Below, piece after piece: positions 61,496-64,000 of a stretch of 64,000 nucleotides of DNA. The notes beneath the pieces were generated by a model. The model made no database searches and was not told where the DNA came from. It saw only the letters and a program-made list of their open reading frames with translations. Source of the DNA: a candidate division WOR-3 bacterium (lineage in GTDB: Bacteria; Hydrothermota; 32-111); NCBI GenBank assembly GCA_037481815.1, contig JBBFKX010000003.1:160001-224000 (forward strand), written 5' to 3'. A program made the position numbers and the translations under genes. The first letter of the stretch is position 1. Every line of letters begins with the position of its first letter.

Positions 61496-62133
61496 CAAAC
61501 TCTTACAAGTTTATCAGTGTTGAAGGTGTCATAGGAGTTGGAAAAACAACTCTTGCAACAAGGCTGGCAAAGCATTACAATGCTGAGATAATTCTTGAAC
61601 CTGTTGAAGAAAATCCGTTTCTTGAAAACTTTTATAAAAATGTCAAACATTATGCATTCCAGACACAGATCTATTTTCTTTTTGCAAGATACAAACAACT
61701 CCAAAAACTGAAACAGACAAGGATGTTTTATGATATGGTGATAAGCGATTATATTTTTGAAAAGGATAGGATTTTTGCCAATTTAAACCTTGACGATAAT
61801 GAACTCATACTTTATGAACATATAATAAAATTCATTGAACCCGAGATTCCCAAACCAGATCTCGTAATTTTTCTTCAGGCATCATGTGAAACAATAATGG
61901 AAAGGATAAAGAAGAGAAATAGAACATTTGAACAGGATATAAGTTACGATTATATAAATCAACTCTCGAAAAATTACTCGAACTTCTTCATGATGTATAA
62001 GGATGCCCCGGTACTCATGGTCAATGTTGATGATGTCGATCTATCAAAAGACCAAGCATCGATCGCTCAAATCATTCAGGAGATTGAGAAACCTTTTAAA
62101 GGGTTGAAGTTTTTAAAACCAATATCAGTATGA
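61492..62133 (+). CDS. Deoxynucleoside kinase
   Basis: EGVIGVGKTT, ENPFLENFY, FQTQIYFL, KDRIFA, PDLVIFLQA and RNRTFE. Confidence 0.92.
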   Translation: MTNSYKFISVEGVIGVGKTTLATRLAKHYNAEIILEPVEENPFLENFYKNVKHYAFQTQIYFLFARYKQLQKLKQTRMFYDMVISDYIFEKDRIFANLNLDDNELILYEHIIKFIEPEIPKPDLVIFLQASCETIMERIKKRNRTFEQDISYDYINQLSKNYSNFFMMYKDAPVLMVNVDDVDLSKDQASIAQIIQEIEKPFKGLKFLKPISV

Positions 62134-62972
62134 AACTTTTTTCTAAAATACCTCAACTAAAAAAAGAAATAACAAAAATAAGAGAGAAAAACAAATGTAT
62201 AGGTTTTGTTCCAACGATGGGATATCTTCATGAAGGACACATCTCACTAGTAAAAAGAGCAAAAAAGGAAAACGATGTTGTTGTTGTATCAATATATGTT
62301 AACCCTCTCCAATTTGGAGTCAATGAAGATTATGGCAGATATCCAAGAGATATCGAAAGGGATAAAAAAATATTGAAAGAGAATGGTTGTGATATTCTTT
62401 TCTTTCCTTCCGATCAAGAAATGTATCATAACCAGCTCGTTTCAGTTAAGATAAAGGAACTTTCTGAAAAATTGTGTGGTATATCAAGACCAACACATTT
62501 TGAAGGTGTTTTAACTGTTGTGGCAAAACTTTTCAACATTGTTTGCCCTGACAAAGCATATTTTGGAGAAAAAGATTTTCAACAGTACCTTATAATAAAA
62601 AAGATGGTAGAAGATTTAAACTTTAATTTAAAAGTTATTCCCTGCCCCATAGTAAGAGAAAAAGATGGTCTTGCGATGAGTTCAAGGAACTCCTATCTTT
62701 CAGAAGATGAGAGAAAAAGGGCTACGGTTCTTTTTAAATCTTTAAATCTTGGAAAAGAGATTTTAGAAAAAGAAAAGGATATAAAAAAAGCAAAAGAACG
62801 AATTAGAGAACTTATTGAAAATGAAAAACCAGATAAGATAGATTACATTGAAATATACGATGAAAATGGTTTGAAAGATGTAACAGAAGATACAAAATAT
62901 TGCAGAATATTTCTTGCAGTTTTTTTTGGAAAAACACGACTTATAGATAACATAAGGGTAAAATTGAGATGA
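62130..62972 (+). CDS. panC: Pantoate--beta-alanine ligase
   Basis: FVPTMGYLHEGH, VNPLQF, RPTHFEGV, FGEKDFQQ, GLAMSSRN and RLIDN. Confidence 0.97.
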   Translation: MKLFSKIPQLKKEITKIREKNKCIGFVPTMGYLHEGHISLVKRAKKENDVVVVSIYVNPLQFGVNEDYGRYPRDIERDKKILKENGCDILFFPSDQEMYHNQLVSVKIKELSEKLCGISRPTHFEGVLTVVAKLFNIVCPDKAYFGEKDFQQYLIIKKMVEDLNFNLKVIPCPIVREKDGLAMSSRNSYLSEDERKRATVLFKSLNLGKEILEKEKDIKKAKERIRELIENEKPDKIDYIEIYDENGLKDVTEDTKYCRIFLAVFFGKTRLIDNIRVKLR

Positions 62973-63928
62973 AAGAAAAAACCAACATATTGATTCTCGC
63001 AGCTGGACTCGGGAAAAGGATGAAATCGGATAAGCCAAAAGTCCTTTTTGATCTTCTTGGTAAACCTATTCTTGGTTATATTCTTGAAACTGTAGAAAAA
63101 ATAAAAAATGAAAAGGTTGTTGTTCTTGTAGGTAACAGATCAGAACTTGTGACAGAATTTTTAAAAGACAAAAAGGTTGAGATAGCATATCAAAAAGAAC
63201 AACTTGGAACCGGACACGCTGTTATGTGTGCTTTTGATAGATTCGATCAGAATTCAAACATAGTTGTTCTCGCTGGTGATGTTCCCCTAATAACAGCGGA
63301 AACAATTTCAAAAATGCTGGATAAACACATTAAAGAGAAAAACGAAATAACTTTTCTGACAATGGAACTTGAAAATCCTTCAGGTTACGGAAGAGTTGTA
63401 AAAGAAAAAAATCGAAAAGTCAAAATGATCGTTGAGGATAAGGACTGTAATCAAAATCAAAAAAAGATAAAAGAGGTAAATTCTGGTGTATATGTTTTTA
63501 AACATGACTTTCTAAAAAAGTACCTTAAAAAACTTTCCAACGATAACAGTCAAAAGGAGTACTATCTTACGGATCTTATAAAGATAGGTTATAAGGAAAA
63601 AGTAAAAGTAGGCACAATAAAACTTGAAAATGTGTTGGAGGTTTCTGGAATAAATGACAGGGAACAGTTGTCTCAGATCGAAACTCTGATTTTAAATAAA
63701 AAAATCTCTACGGCACTTAAAGAAGGAGTTACTATAAAATCTCCACACACCTGTTATATGGAATACGATGTTGTTTTTGAAAACGATGTTATAATCGAAC
63801 CATTCGTTGTGATAAAGGGAAAATCCATCATAAGAAAAGGAACAAGAATTTCATCCTTTTCAACACTTGAAAATTATGAAACAAGAGAAGGCGAGTTCAT
63901 TCCTCCATTTTCAAATTTAAAAGGATGA
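62969..63928 (+). CDS. glmU: GlmU-like uridylyltransferase domain with only a short beta-helix stub (319 aa)
   Basis: LAAGLGKRMKS, QLGTGHAV, GDVP, GYGRV, EVNSG, EYYLTD and GIND; ends before a full acetyltransferase domain. Confidence 0.8.
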   Translation: MKEKTNILILAAGLGKRMKSDKPKVLFDLLGKPILGYILETVEKIKNEKVVVLVGNRSELVTEFLKDKKVEIAYQKEQLGTGHAVMCAFDRFDQNSNIVVLAGDVPLITAETISKMLDKHIKEKNEITFLTMELENPSGYGRVVKEKNRKVKMIVEDKDCNQNQKKIKEVNSGVYVFKHDFLKKYLKKLSNDNSQKEYYLTDLIKIGYKEKVKVGTIKLENVLEVSGINDREQLSQIETLILNKKISTALKEGVTIKSPHTCYMEYDVVFENDVIIEPFVVIKGKSIIRKGTRISSFSTLENYETREGEFIPPFSNLKG

Positions 63929-64000
63929 AAAAATTTTTTATAATCTCTGTTTTTGCTCTGATTGTTTTCTTGGTGTGTTTAATTTATTTTTTGATTTTTG
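63925..64000 (+). CDS. Start of a membrane or exported protein, truncated by window end
   Basis: ATG overlaps the glmU stop; MKKFFIISVFALIVFLVCLIYFLIF is open to the end. Confidence 0.5.
   Translation, partial: MKKFFIISVFALIVFLVCLIYFLIF

Noticed and set aside
1..64000. tRNA, rRNA, integrase or transposase genes
   Set aside because: None recognised; intergenic gaps are short and AT-rich, without cloverleaf or rRNA-like GC-rich stretches.

Overview
AT-rich (roughly 30% GC by eye) bacterial chromosome segment from a diderm organism. A T9SS-type C-terminal sorting domain, a PorX-like regulator, a TonB-dependent receptor and TolC suggest an FCB-affiliated candidate lineage; this is inference only. 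Most of the window is housekeeping: rsmA-tatD-metG-yaaT-holB, gyrA, topA, rluD, rph, mnmE-jag-yidC-yidD-rnpA-rpmH, a MacAB-TolC-type exporter, and folB-folK-dNK-panC-glmU. An accessory block at about 11.5-28 kb carries a type II-C CRISPR-Cas system: tracrRNA, a compact cas9 broken by a single-base frameshift, cas1, cas2, and a 26-repeat array transcribed antisense to the cas genes. The block also holds a 288-bp inverted-repeat element, a toxin-antitoxin-like pair with a nonsense codon, secreted repeat proteins, and a TonB receptor/solute-binding protein/chemoreceptor operon. The main signal is promoter architecture. Each CRISPR repeat contains a complete -35/-10 promoter (TTGACC-N16-TAGAAT). 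The tracrRNA anti-repeat, read on the other strand, forms the same promoter pointing into cas9, face-to-face with the tracrRNA promoter. A 16-bp -35/-10 spacing recurs at most candidate promoters in the window, several of which look leaderless. The array also appears to record a seed-escape and re-acquisition event.
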